This document shows, one piece after another, positions 38,002 through 46,236 of a stretch of DNA of 64,000 nt (positions within the stretch are counted from its first letter, which is position 1; each line of letters opens with the position of its first letter). This stretch comes from Opitutaceae bacterium. GTDB lineage: Bacteria > Verrucomicrobiota > Verrucomicrobiia > Opitutales > Opitutaceae. Location: the NCBI GenBank assembly GCA_050015855.1, contig JBEKAO010000001.1, forward strand, positions 19,391 to 83,390. Reading direction: 5' to 3'. The position numbers and the translations under genes were made by a program. Under the pieces are notes generated by a model. The model was not told the origin of the DNA, searched no databases, and worked only from the letters and a program-made list of their open reading frames with translations.

Positions 38002-39528
38002 TCAGCAGCGCCCGGTGAGTTTGCCGAGCTCCCTCAGATAACGGGCGGTGCCTCCGGAGAGCCAATCCATCTGCGGCTCTGAGAGGCGCCACTGCCAGTT
38101 GCCTTCGGGCTTTCCCGGGCTGTTCAGACGGGCATCCGATCCGAGCATGAGTATATCCTGAATCGGGATGACGGCAAGCTGGCTCACCGCGCCAAAGGAC
38201 GCGCGGATCAGGTCCCAGCCGATCTCGGCCCCGCTGACCCGCAGGTAGCGCCGGACGTGGTCGCGCACCTGCTCGCCGGCCGCGGCGTACCAGCCGAGGG
38301 AGGTGTCGTTGTCGTGGGTTCCCGGATATACAACCTGGTTCTTGATCAGGTTGTGCGGGAGATAAAGGTTGGACTCGTCGCCCCCGAAGGCGAATTGCAG
38401 CACGGCCATTCCCGGGAGCCCCGTTTCCTCCCGCAGTTTGACGACGCCTGGAGTCAAAAGCCCCAGGTCCTCCGCGATGATCCTGGCCCCGGGCTGCGCC
38501 CGCTGGATCGCCCGGAACAGGTCGATGCCCGGCCCCGGCACCCACTCGCCGATCCGCGCATTGGCGGCGGGAAGGGGGATGCGCCAATACGAGTCGAATC
38601 CGCGGAAATGGTCGATCCTCGCGACATCGTACAGCTCGAATGCGGCGCGCATCCGCGAGAGCCACCAGGCGTAGCCGTCGGACGCGTGGCGCTTCCACGC
38701 GTAGAGCGGATTGCCCCACAGCTGGCCGTCGGCCGAAAAGTAGTCCGGCGGCACGCCGGCCACGGCCACCGGCCGGCCGGTCGCCTGGTCCAGCTCGAAC
38801 AACTCGGGATGCGACCACACATCGGCCGAATCGGCCGCGACAAAGATCGGCAGGTCGCCGATGATCGCGATGTTTCGCAGTGCGGCCGCCTTCCGGACCC
38901 GCCGCCACTGGGCGAAGAAGACGTACTGGTTGAACCGGTGCGCTTCGCACGCGGAGGCGAGCTTCTCACGGAGCCGGGAGCGGGTGGCCTTTGCGAAAAC
39001 CCGGGATTCGGCGGGCCACTCGGTCCACGCCGTGCCGCCGTGGTGGTCCTTGAGCGCCCGGAACAGGGCGTAGGCGTCAAGCCAGGCCGCCTGGCGTTTT
39101 TTGAAATCCTCGAAGCCCTCGCCGTCGAGGGAGGGGGATCCGCTTTTCTCGTAGCGCTCGAATGCGGCATGAAGCAGCGCCCACTTGATCCGGTAAAGGG
39201 CTCCGTAATCGACGCGTTCGGGCTTCAGCTGGGTGATCGGTGTGAGTTCGGCCGCCTTGAACAGCCCCCGCGACGCCAGTTCGCCCAGGTCGATCAGGTA
39301 GGGGTTCCCGGCGAACACGGAGAAACACTGGTACGGCGAGTCCCCGTAGCCGGTCGGGCCGAGCGGGCAGATCTGCCAGTTGCTCATTCCCGCCGCCTGC
39401 AGAAAATCGAGAAAACGGTCCACCTGCACGTCGAAGGTGCCGATCCCCTGATGGCCCGGCAGGCAGCTGGGATGGAGAAGGACGCCAGCCCCGCGCTTCT
39501 CCAGCCAATTAAACAACGGTGTTTGCAT
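38002..39528 (-). CDS. malQ: 4-alpha-glucanotransferase (amylomaltase, GH77)
   Basis: Track ORF 38002-39660 trimmed to ATG 39528 (MQTPLFNWLEKRGAGVLLHPSCLPG.QGIG). GH77 boxes: GDLPIFVA.DSADVW, WGNPLY.W, RIDHFRGF, IAEDLG, YPGTHDNDT. Confidence 0.9.
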   Translation of the reverse strand: MQTPLFNWLEKRGAGVLLHPSCLPGHQGIGTFDVQVDRFLDFLQAAGMSNWQICPLGPTGYGDSPYQCFSVFAGNPYLIDLGELASRGLFKAAELTPITQLKPERVDYGALYRIKWALLHAAFERYEKSGSPSLDGEGFEDFKKRQAAWLDAYALFRALKDHHGGTAWTEWPAESRVFAKATRSRLREKLASACEAHRFNQYVFFAQWRRVRKAAALRNIAIIGDLPIFVAADSADVWSHPELFELDQATGRPVAVAGVPPDYFSADGQLWGNPLYAWKRHASDGYAWWLSRMRAAFELYDVARIDHFRGFDSYWRIPLPAANARIGEWVPGPGIDLFRAIQRAQPGARIIAEDLGLLTPGVVKLREETGLPGMAVLQFAFGGDESNLYLPHNLIKNQVVYPGTHDNDTSLGWYAAAGEQVRDHVRRYLRVSGAEIGWDLIRASFGAVSQLAVIPIQDILMLGSDARLNSPGKPEGNWQWRLSEPQMDWLSGGTARYLRELGKLTGRC

Positions 39529-39594
39529 ACTCGGTTCGATTAAGACGCTCGGTCGGCATTTTGAACAGGTTATTACTCGGCTTCTCGCAAGCCT

Positions 39595-39662
39595 CATGGG
39601 ACAGGCACCGAGAGGGGACAGCCTCCTGAATGGGGACAGCCTCCGCGGGGGGACAGGCACCC
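39595..39662 (-). repeat. Four units of the same CTGTCCC 17-18-nt repeat family, 5' of malQ
   Basis: On the plus strand GGGACAG starts at 39598, 39615, 39633 and 39650. Read on the minus strand the array is GGTGCCTGTCCCC / GGAGGCTGTCCCC / GGAGGCTGTCCCC / GGTGCCTGTCCC. Confidence 0.8.
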
Positions 39663-39762
39663 GCGGTGGCAGGCTCGCTTTTGGAACGCAGGCGTGCTAA
39701 ATTTGTCCTAATTCGGCAGCAATTCTGATACTTCCCGAACTCTTCATTCAAAGGAGCGCACC

Positions 39763-40296
39763 ATGAAAAGGATCTCCCTGCTGGCCGCAGCGGTTGGATT
39801 GGTCGCCGCCGGCGCACTTTACGGCGCGGATGCGCCAAAGACCCCAAGGGCCGAGATCAACTTCGACCACCCGGACAAATTCACGGACATCAAGGATGAG
39901 ATGTACCCTACCGACCAGGGACAGCAGGCGATCCTGGACAGGATTCGCGATTTTCTGGTCGTGGAGGCGAGGGAATACATTCCCGAGGGATGCAAGCTGA
40001 CGATGACGTTCACGGATATCCGATTGGCCGGGGAATTTGAGCCCTGGCGCGGACCCAGGTGGGATCAAACGCGAATCGTTACGCCCCTGTACCCGCCCCG
40101 ATTCGTGTTCAATTGGACCGTCACCGATGCCGCCGGAAGGACAATCAAGCAGGGCCAGGAGGATATTCGCGATGTTGCCTTTTATTTGCGAGTTACGCTG
40201 GATCCCCAGGATCCCCTCAGGTATGAAAAGAGCATTCTCGGCGATTGGATGAGGGGCAGCCTGGGCAACGTAAGGCAAATGGTCGCCTCGAACTGA
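39763..40296 (+). CDS. DUF3016-like secreted protein
   Basis: 177 aa with a signal peptide. The pattern INFDHPDKFTDIKD...L..I...L...A..YIPEGCKL.MTFTDIRLAGEFEPWRG matches my recollection of DUF3016. Confidence 0.7.
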   Translation: MKRISLLAAAVGLVAAGALYGADAPKTPRAEINFDHPDKFTDIKDEMYPTDQGQQAILDRIRDFLVVEAREYIPEGCKLTMTFTDIRLAGEFEPWRGPRWDQTRIVTPLYPPRFVFNWTVTDAAGRTIKQGQEDIRDVAFYLRVTLDPQDPLRYEKSILGDWMRGSLGNVRQMVASN

Positions 40297-40397
40297 ACCC
40301 GGCGGGAATTCAGGGTGGAATGACCGGCCCGCGGCGGCCCCGGGGACCCTCCCAGATTAGCCTTGCATCAAGTTCCTTTCTGTGCGTTTTTTGCGCC

Positions 40398-40527
40398 CTC
40401 GTTAGAGATAGCGTTTTGATGACAGCTTCTGGTGAGTCGTTGGCTGAGCAGGTAGCTTAAGTGATGATTTCGAAACCCAATGGTGGGAACGGACTGGCAG
40501 CGGACGGTGGCTCTACGAAATCAACAA
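40398..40527 (+). promoter_or_regulatory. Conserved 5' leader of RRM-protein gene 2 (paralogue of 23259-23384)
   Basis: It has the same conserved blocks as leader 1. 40461-40472 (GTGATGATTTCG) can pair with 40516-40527 (CGAAATCAACAA), directly abutting ATG 40528. The inner hairpin CCCA/TGGG corresponds to CCCG/CGGG in copy 1. Confidence 0.55.
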
Positions 40528-40914
40528 ATGGCTAATTCCAAACTTTACGTTGGGAACCTGTCCTTTAAGACCACAGAAGACGAGCTTCGCGCCCACTTCG
40601 GGCAGTTCGGCACCGTTACCGACGTATATGTCGCCATGGACAAGATGACGGGCCGCCCCCGCGGCTTCGCTTTCGTGACCATGGGAACCGAGGAGGAGGC
40701 CAAGACCGCAGCTGAGAAGGTCAATGGATCCGAACTCGGCGGCAGGCAGCTCACGGTCAATGAGGCTCGTCCAAAGGAAGAGCGCCCGGGCGGCGGCTTC
40801 GGCGGCGGCGGCGGCGGACGCGGCTTTGGAGGCGGCGGCGGCGGGCGCGGCTTTGGCGGCGGCGGCGGAGGCGGCGGCGGCGGTCATCGCGATCGCGGCG
40901 AGCGCCGTTACTGA
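40528..40914 (+). CDS. RNA-binding protein, RRM domain with a C-terminal Gly/Arg-rich (RGG) tail
   Basis: Track ORF 40480-40914 trimmed to ATG 40528 ([13 protein letters not shown] is RNP-2; RGFAFVTM is RNP-1). The tail is [41 protein letters not shown]. Confidence 0.95.
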   Translation: MANSKLYVGNLSFKTTEDELRAHFGQFGTVTDVYVAMDKMTGRPRGFAFVTMGTEEEAKTAAEKVNGSELGGRQLTVNEARPKEERPGGGFGGGGGGRGFGGGGGGRGFGGGGGGGGGGHRDRGERRY

Positions 40915-40952
40915 CCCCATCCCGGTTTTTAAACCGGAACCCGGTTTGCAAA

Positions 40953-40986
40953 AGACGGGGGCCTCGAAAGGCCCCGTCTTTTTTTT
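40953..40986 (+). terminator. Rho-independent terminator downstream of RRM gene 2
   Basis: AGACGGGGGCC-TCGAAA-GGCCCCGTCT followed by eight further T residues (T8). Confidence 0.8.
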
Positions 40987-41065
40987 GCATTCGCAACCGG
41001 AAGGCCGCCGCGCCGCAGATCAGGCTTGGCGTCGCCTCGATCTGTCCCCTTTCATTGGCTGTCCC

Positions 41066-41671
41066 TTGTCAAAACCGGCCCTCCTCAAGCATCTCGCCGA
41101 ACTGCAGGCCTGCACCCGCTGCCCGCGAATGCACAGGCCGGTGGTCGTCGGCCGCCCCGTCTTGAGCAAGGTGATCCTGGTCGGCCAGGCTCCGGGCGAC
41201 AGGGAGCCCAAGCTCGGCCGCCCCTTTGCCTGGACAGCCGGCCGCACGCTTTTCAAGTGGTTTGCCGAGGCGTTGGGCTGGACCGAGGACGAGGCGCGCG
41301 ACCGGCTGTATTTCGCCGCCGTCTGCCGCTGCTTCCCTGGAAAGCGCCCCGAAGGCGGCGACCGGGTTCCCGCCCCCGATGAGATTGCCGCCTGCGCAAA
41401 CTGGCTTGAGCGCGAATTCCTGATCCTCCGGCCCTCCCTCGTAATCCCGGTTGGAAAGCTGGCGCTCAGCCAGTTTCTTCCGGCTTCGCCCCTGGATCAG
41501 GTGATCGGCAGGCATTTTTCCATCTCCTACCGCGGCCATTTGGCAGATTGCATCCCCCTCCCGCACCCGTCGGGCGCCTCCCCCTGGCACCGGATGGAGC
41601 CCGGAAAGACCCTCCTTCGCAACGCCCTTGCCCTCATCGCCGCCCACCCTGCGCTCGCGGACATCGGATAG
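41066..41671 (+). CDS. Uracil-DNA glycosylase superfamily protein (family 4/5-like)
   Basis: This is the C-terminal part of track ORF 40724-41671. There is no in-frame ATG near the conserved N-terminus, so I propose TTG 41066 (MSKPALLKHLAELQACTRCP...). Motif A is GQAPG and motif B is HPSGASPW. Confidence 0.7.
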   Translation: MSKPALLKHLAELQACTRCPRMHRPVVVGRPVLSKVILVGQAPGDREPKLGRPFAWTAGRTLFKWFAEALGWTEDEARDRLYFAAVCRCFPGKRPEGGDRVPAPDEIAACANWLEREFLILRPSLVIPVGKLALSQFLPASPLDQVIGRHFSISYRGHLADCIPLPHPSGASPWHRMEPGKTLLRNALALIAAHPALADIG

Positions 41672-41729
41672 CCCCAGTTTTCGCTTCCCTCGGAAAGCCT
41701 TCCCGGTTTCTTATCCCCCAAATCACACC

Positions 41730-42200
41730 ATGCGCCTTCTCCACGCGACCGTCCTGTTTGCCGCGGTGGCCTGCCTCAGTCCAGCCGCTCAAGCCCAGCG
41801 CGAGAAATTCTCCTACGACGACCTCGTGTACCTGGAAAAGACCTGGCCGAATGCGCAAAAGACAAACACGGGCATTCGCTATGTCATCCAAAAGCCGGGC
41901 CAGGGACAGCCTCCGAAGCCGGGCGACATGGTCCATGTGCTATACGTGGGCACCCTTTTGGACGGAACCCCGTTCGACAAGAACGAGGACAGGGACCACC
42001 CCTTCACGTTTCGGCTCGGCCGCGGGATCGTGATCCAGGGCTGGGACCAGGTCATCCAGCTGATGAAGCCCGGCGAAAAGCGCCTGGTCATCATTCCCCC
42101 GGAGCTGGCCTACGGCTCGCAGGGGGACGCGCCGAAAGTGCCCCGGGACGCCTCGCTCGTCTTCACGATCGAGCTTCTTGGCGTCGATCCCGAGCAGTAG
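41730..42200 (+). CDS. FKBP-type peptidyl-prolyl cis-trans isomerase, secreted
   Basis: Track ORF 41628-42200 trimmed to ATG 41730 (signal peptide). FKBP boxes: V.YVGTLLDGT.FD, F.LG.G.VI.GWD, IPPELAYG, LVF.IELL. Confidence 0.9.
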   Translation: MRLLHATVLFAAVACLSPAAQAQREKFSYDDLVYLEKTWPNAQKTNTGIRYVIQKPGQGQPPKPGDMVHVLYVGTLLDGTPFDKNEDRDHPFTFRLGRGIVIQGWDQVIQLMKPGEKRLVIIPPELAYGSQGDAPKVPRDASLVFTIELLGVDPEQ

Positions 42201-42221
42201 CACCCCGGGGGGGCGCCGCCC

Positions 42222-42518
42222 CTAGTGCGCGACGTGCGTTGCGCTGAATTTCTGGTCGAATTCCGCCGTCGCCTGGGCCCGCGCGGCATCCGGCGCCAGC
42301 CCCTGGGAGACGAGATCGGACGTGCGCTTGTCCACCCAGCGCACCTTGAAGTCCTTTTCGCTTTCGGTCGCGATGTGGGAGCTTTCCTTCGGCGGCTTCG
42401 GCGCCGTGCTATTCGCCTTGCCCGACAACAGCGGAATATGCGTGAAGGACAGGAATGAGCAGCCCGAGCAAAGCCCGATGGCCAGCGCGGCGGCAAAAAC
42501 GGAGAAAAGGCGCTTCAT
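42222..42518 (-). CDS. Hypothetical small secreted protein or lipoprotein (98 aa)
   Basis: The signal peptide MKRLFSVFAAALAIGLCSGC ends in a Cys. The remainder is hydrophilic. I recognise no family. Confidence 0.55.
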   Translation of the reverse strand: MKRLFSVFAAALAIGLCSGCSFLSFTHIPLLSGKANSTAPKPPKESSHIATESEKDFKVRWVDKRTSDLVSQGLAPDAARAQATAEFDQKFSATHVAH

Positions 42519-42590
42519 GTTGGCGTTAAAAAGACAATGGTGAACGGTACAAGGTCCGTCGGCGAGTGAAACTTTTTCCCGGGCCCCCGC

Positions 42591-43316
42591 TCAGGGCCGC
42601 GACTGCAGCGCGTCCCGCATCGCCCGGACGACCGCCGGCTCGGCAGCGACTCCGATGATCCCGTTTACAACGAACTGTATTCCAACGCAAACGAGCAGGA
42701 ATCCCATGAGCTTCGTGAGGGCGTTCATCCCGTTGGACCCGATCACGACGACAATCCGGGTGGACAGCCGGAGGGTCGCATAGCTGATCCCCGCGACGAT
42801 CAGGATTCCAAGGATGATCGCCACGTAGTCGAACCAGGCCGTCGCCAGCGAAGTGAATCCCACCGTGACGGCGATCGAGCCCGGCCCGCTCAGCATGGGC
42901 ATGGCAAGGGGCGAGAAGGACACGTCCGGCTTTGCCCGCGCGGCCGGAGTCACTTGCTCGCTGAATTGCGCCTGCTCCGCCGGTCCGAGCAGCATTCGCC
43001 AGCCGATTCCGGCAACCAGCATCCCGCCGGCAATTCGCAGCCCCGGAATCGAGATCCCGAAGGCATTCATGATGAAGGTGCCAAACACGAGCGCCCCAAC
43101 CAGGATCGCCACCATGTAAAAACACGCCCGGCGAAGCTGCTCCAGCCTCCTCTCCTGCGAATCGCCCTCGGTTATCGCAAGAAAGGTGGGTGTCGTCGCC
43201 AGCGGGTTGATGACGGGCAGAAGGCCGGCGACCGTGCCTAGAATCAGCTCCCAGGAGTGGGAAATATTGGACGGGTTCACGGGCGAAGGTATGGCCCCGA
43301 GCCCGGCTGGCGGCAA
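42591..43316 (-). CDS. MarC family (UPF0056) integral membrane protein
   Basis: 241 aa. The N-terminal signature is LLPVINPLATTPTFLAIT, with six hydrophobic segments. Confidence 0.85.
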   Translation of the reverse strand: MPPAGLGAIPSPVNPSNISHSWELILGTVAGLLPVINPLATTPTFLAITEGDSQERRLEQLRRACFYMVAILVGALVFGTFIMNAFGISIPGLRIAGGMLVAGIGWRMLLGPAEQAQFSEQVTPAARAKPDVSFSPLAMPMLSGPGSIAVTVGFTSLATAWFDYVAIILGILIVAGISYATLRLSTRIVVVIGSNGMNALTKLMGFLLVCVGIQFVVNGIIGVAAEPAVVRAMRDALQSRP

Positions 43317-43537
43317 CTGCCCTTTTTGGGGGCGTAAAGATGTTTCTTATTCACCGCTGTCACAGTATTAGTTATACGCAATATACTTATTTAAAGCATA
43401 TTACATAATAATTCTGCCTCGAAAGACGCCCAAAATCGCCCTGAAACCGCACCATTTTTGTGCAACGCCAATCGCTGCGTACAAATTACCAATTGTTGCG
43501 GAGACGCCGCCTGCACCTGGGCCTACCATTGAAATTG

Positions 43538-44221
43538 ATGAAAAGCGCTGCTCCCGAGAGTCTTCCGAAGACTGGTCAACGGCATGTCGAGCTCGGCCGC
43601 CAGGATGAGCCGTCGTTGCTTAACTTGTTGCAGGACCTTGAGCAACAGCACGGGTTCGTGCCCCGCGATGTCTCCGACGAAATTTCACGCGTCGTCGAGA
43701 TAAAGCTCGAGCGAATCCGCCGCATCCAAAGCAAGCTCGAATCGACGACGCGCCGCGACGTGCTGCAGCACGTGGATCGATGGCGGAATGAGGAGGGCAA
43801 CCTCATCATGATCCTCCATGCCATCCAGAACCAATACGGCTATGTGCCGCGCGAGGTCGCGATGGAGCTGTCGCGCGAACTAGGCGTCAAACTCGCCCGG
43901 ATTTACGAGGTAATCACTTTCTATCATTACTTTAGGCTGCAGCCGCCCGGCGCCCACAATATCACGGTCTGCAACGGCACCGCCTGCTACCTGAAGGGCT
44001 CGACCGACCTTCTCAATGAGACCCGCACCCAGCTCGGAATCGCGGAGGGCCAGACCACCACGGACCGCCAGTTCCATTTCGAAGTCGTTCGCTGCATCGG
44101 TTGCTGCGGCATGGCGCCCGCAATGGTCGTGGACGGCAAGACTTGCGGCCACGTGAAAGCCACGGATATCGCCGGCTACATATCGACAATCAAGGCGCAG
44201 AAGGGGGCGACGAAGAAATGA
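43538..44221 (+). CDS. hydC: NuoE-like [2Fe-2S] thioredoxin-fold subunit of the [FeFe]-hydrogenase (HydC/HndA type)
   Basis: Track ORF 43460 (GTG)-44221. I prefer ATG 43538. The Cys pattern is CNGTACYLKG...CIGCCGMAP. The N-terminus carries a second, cysteine-free copy of the NuoE N-terminal helical segment. Confidence 0.85.
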   Translation: MKSAAPESLPKTGQRHVELGRQDEPSLLNLLQDLEQQHGFVPRDVSDEISRVVEIKLERIRRIQSKLESTTRRDVLQHVDRWRNEEGNLIMILHAIQNQYGYVPREVAMELSRELGVKLARIYEVITFYHYFRLQPPGAHNITVCNGTACYLKGSTDLLNETRTQLGIAEGQTTTDRQFHFEVVRCIGCCGMAPAMVVDGKTCGHVKATDIAGYISTIKAQKGATKK

Positions 44222-46236
44222 AACTTACACGCGAAAATCTTGAATCAATTGCCGCACAGCCTCTTGTGGATCCACCGGAGTGGATTCGCGTGCAGCTCGA
44301 CACGGGCGGAATCGCCGCCGGCGCAGAAGACGCTTTCTCCGCGCTCGCGAATCTGCGCAACGAACGCCACCTGGGCTTCACCATGCTTCGTGCCGGATCG
44401 ATAGGCTATTCTTTCGCCGATCCCGTGGTTGAGGTGCAGACCGCCGGCATGCCGCGGGTCCATTATGGCTGCGTCACGCCCGATGTCGCCGGATCGATAA
44501 TCGTACAACATATTATAGGCAAAACTCTTATTGATGACCATGTAATCGCGGCACGGACGCGTTCCCTCGAAATCAGCGCTCCGGTGACCCATATCCTGGT
44601 GCGCGATACGGGGCCAGGGTCGGCGAGCAAGACCGAGTTTTTCCAATTCTCTATTAATGAGGAGCTTAAGCGCCGCGGACTGTCGAACCGCGTGCAGGTT
44701 GCGCGGGCGCTCGACATCGGAATCTACAACCGCGGCGTGGTTGTGCAGCTCCTCCCTTCCGCCGTCACCTACGCCAATGTCCTGGCGCCCGACGTGGCGC
44801 GCATCGTCGCCGAGTCGGTCGAAAACAGCCGCGTGCTTGACGACCTTCTTTGGAAGACCCCGGACAAGCAGGTTCGAATCGCCCTTCGCCACTGCGGAGA
44901 CGTCGATCCCTGCCGGCTCGACGACTACCTTCGCCGCGTCGGAGGCTACCAGGCCCTGCGCCGGGCGCTCTTCGATCTCACTCCGGAGCAGGTGATCGCC
45001 GAGATGAAGGCGAGCGCCCTCCGCGGCCGGGGCGGCGCTGGTTTCCCGACCTGGATGAAATGGCAGCTTACGCGCGCGCAGCCCGCGGCGCAGCGCTACG
45101 TGATCTGCAACGGCGATGAGGGGGATCCGGGCGCGTTCATGGACCGGAGCGTCCTCGAAAGCGATCCGCACGCCGTCCTGGAGGGCATGCTGATCGCAGC
45201 CTACGCGATGGGATCTTCAAAGGGCTATTTTTACATCCGCGCCGAGTATCCGAAAGCCGTCGAGCGCATCGATCGCGCGATCCTGGAGGCCCGCGAGCAG
45301 GGACTCCTCGGCGAGAATATCCTCGGGAGCGGCTTCTCATTCGAGGCCAAGATCCGCCTGGGCGCCGGTGCGTTCGTCTGCGGCGAGGAGACGGCGCTGA
45401 TCGCCTCGATCGAGGGCAAGCGCGGCAGCCCGAGCCCCCGCCCGCCGTACCCGTCCGTGCGCGGCCTCTGGGGCATGCCGACCGCGATCAACAACGTCGA
45501 GACGCTCGCCTGCGTGCCGGCCATCCTCTCCAGGGGTGGAGCGTGGTTCGCGGGCTACGGCACAGCGACCTCAAAGGGGACGAAGGTCTTCGCCGTCACG
45601 GGCAAGGTCCGTAACGCCCAGCTGGTCGAGGTCCCGATGGGGACGACCCTGCGGGAAATCATCTTCGACATCTGCGGCGGAGTCATGGACGACAAGGAAA
45701 TCAAGGCCGTGCAGACCGGGGGCCCGTCCGGCGGCGTGATCCCGGTCCAGCACCTCGACACCCCCGTCAGCTACGAGACCCTGCAGCAGCTGGGATCGAT
45801 CATGGGCTCGGGCGGGATGCTCGTCATGGACAAGACCGATTCGATGGTCGAGGTGGCGAAATTCTACCTCAAGTTCTGCGTCGACGAATCCTGCGGCAAG
45901 TGCGCGCCGTGCCGAATCGGCGGATACCAGCTCCTGCAGATCCTCGACAAAATCTCCCGCGGCCGCGGCGGCCCAGACGACATCCTGCTGATCAGGCGCA
46001 TCTGCCTCGCGATGCAGCGCGCCTCGCTCTGCGGGCTCGGCCAGACGGCCGCGAACCCCGTCCTTTCCACGCTTCGCTATTTCGGGGAGGAGTACAAGGC
46101 GTTCATCGACGGCGGGGCGGCCTACGCCCGGAAGGTGAGCCGCGTCCCGGCCGCCGGAACCGCCGCCGCATCCGCGCCGCCGCCTGTGCCGGCCGCAACC
46201 GCCGCCTCGCCGGCCTCCGGAGGGACCGTTTCATGA
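44218..46236 (+). CDS. hydB: NuoF-like NAD(P)H/FMN-binding subunit of the [FeFe]-hydrogenase (HydB/HndC type), lacking accessory Fe-S domains
   Basis: Track ORF 44101-46236 trimmed to ATG 44218 (ATGA overlap with hydC). Boxes: GRGGAGFPT..KW, NGDEGDPGAF.DR (FMN/NADH), GAGAFVCGEETALI, and ESCGKCAPCR...C (N3-type 4Fe-4S). Confidence 0.9.
   Translation: MKLTRENLESIAAQPLVDPPEWIRVQLDTGGIAAGAEDAFSALANLRNERHLGFTMLRAGSIGYSFADPVVEVQTAGMPRVHYGCVTPDVAGSIIVQHIIGKTLIDDHVIAARTRSLEISAPVTHILVRDTGPGSASKTEFFQFSINEELKRRGLSNRVQVARALDIGIYNRGVVVQLLPSAVTYANVLAPDVARIVAESVENSRVLDDLLWKTPDKQVRIALRHCGDVDPCRLDDYLRRVGGYQALRRALFDLTPEQVIAEMKASALRGRGGAGFPTWMKWQLTRAQPAAQRYVICNGDEGDPGAFMDRSVLESDPHAVLEGMLIAAYAMGSSKGYFYIRAEYPKAVERIDRAILEAREQGLLGENILGSGFSFEAKIRLGAGAFVCGEETALIASIEGKRGSPSPRPPYPSVRGLWGMPTAINNVETLACVPAILSRGGAWFAGYGTATSKGTKVFAVTGKVRNAQLVEVPMGTTLREIIFDICGGVMDDKEIKAVQTGGPSGGVIPVQHLDTPVSYETLQQLGSIMGSGGMLVMDKTDSMVEVAKFYLKFCVDESCGKCAPCRIGGYQLLQILDKISRGRGGPDDILLIRRICLAMQRASLCGLGQTAANPVLSTLRYFGEEYKAFIDGGAAYARKVSRVPAAGTAAASAPPPVPAATAASPASGGTVS

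Noticed and set aside
39529-39660. GTG 39660 as the malQ start, which would make the repeat array coding
   Set aside because: The predicted 44-residue extension (MPVPPRRLSPFRRLSPLGACPMRLARSRVITCSKC...) has no resemblance to GH77 N-termini. Those begin like MQTPLFNWLEKRGAGVLLHP at 39528.
41059-41076. Similarity between TGTCAAAAC here and the MITE terminus (CCCTGTCAAAACG at 8343-8354), as a possible solo terminal repeat
   Set aside because: Only 9 contiguous nt match and there is no extension on either side. This is compatible with chance.
43440-43500. A sigma-54 (-24 GG / -12 GC) promoter, or a Rex (TTGTGAA-N4-TTCACAA) or FNR/CRP (TTGAT-N4-ATCAA) box, upstream of hydC
   Set aside because: CCGCACCATTTTTGTGCA lacks the GG dinucleotide at the right spacing. 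TTGTGC...GTACAA has a 19-nt gap and no half-site match to the Rex or FNR consensus.
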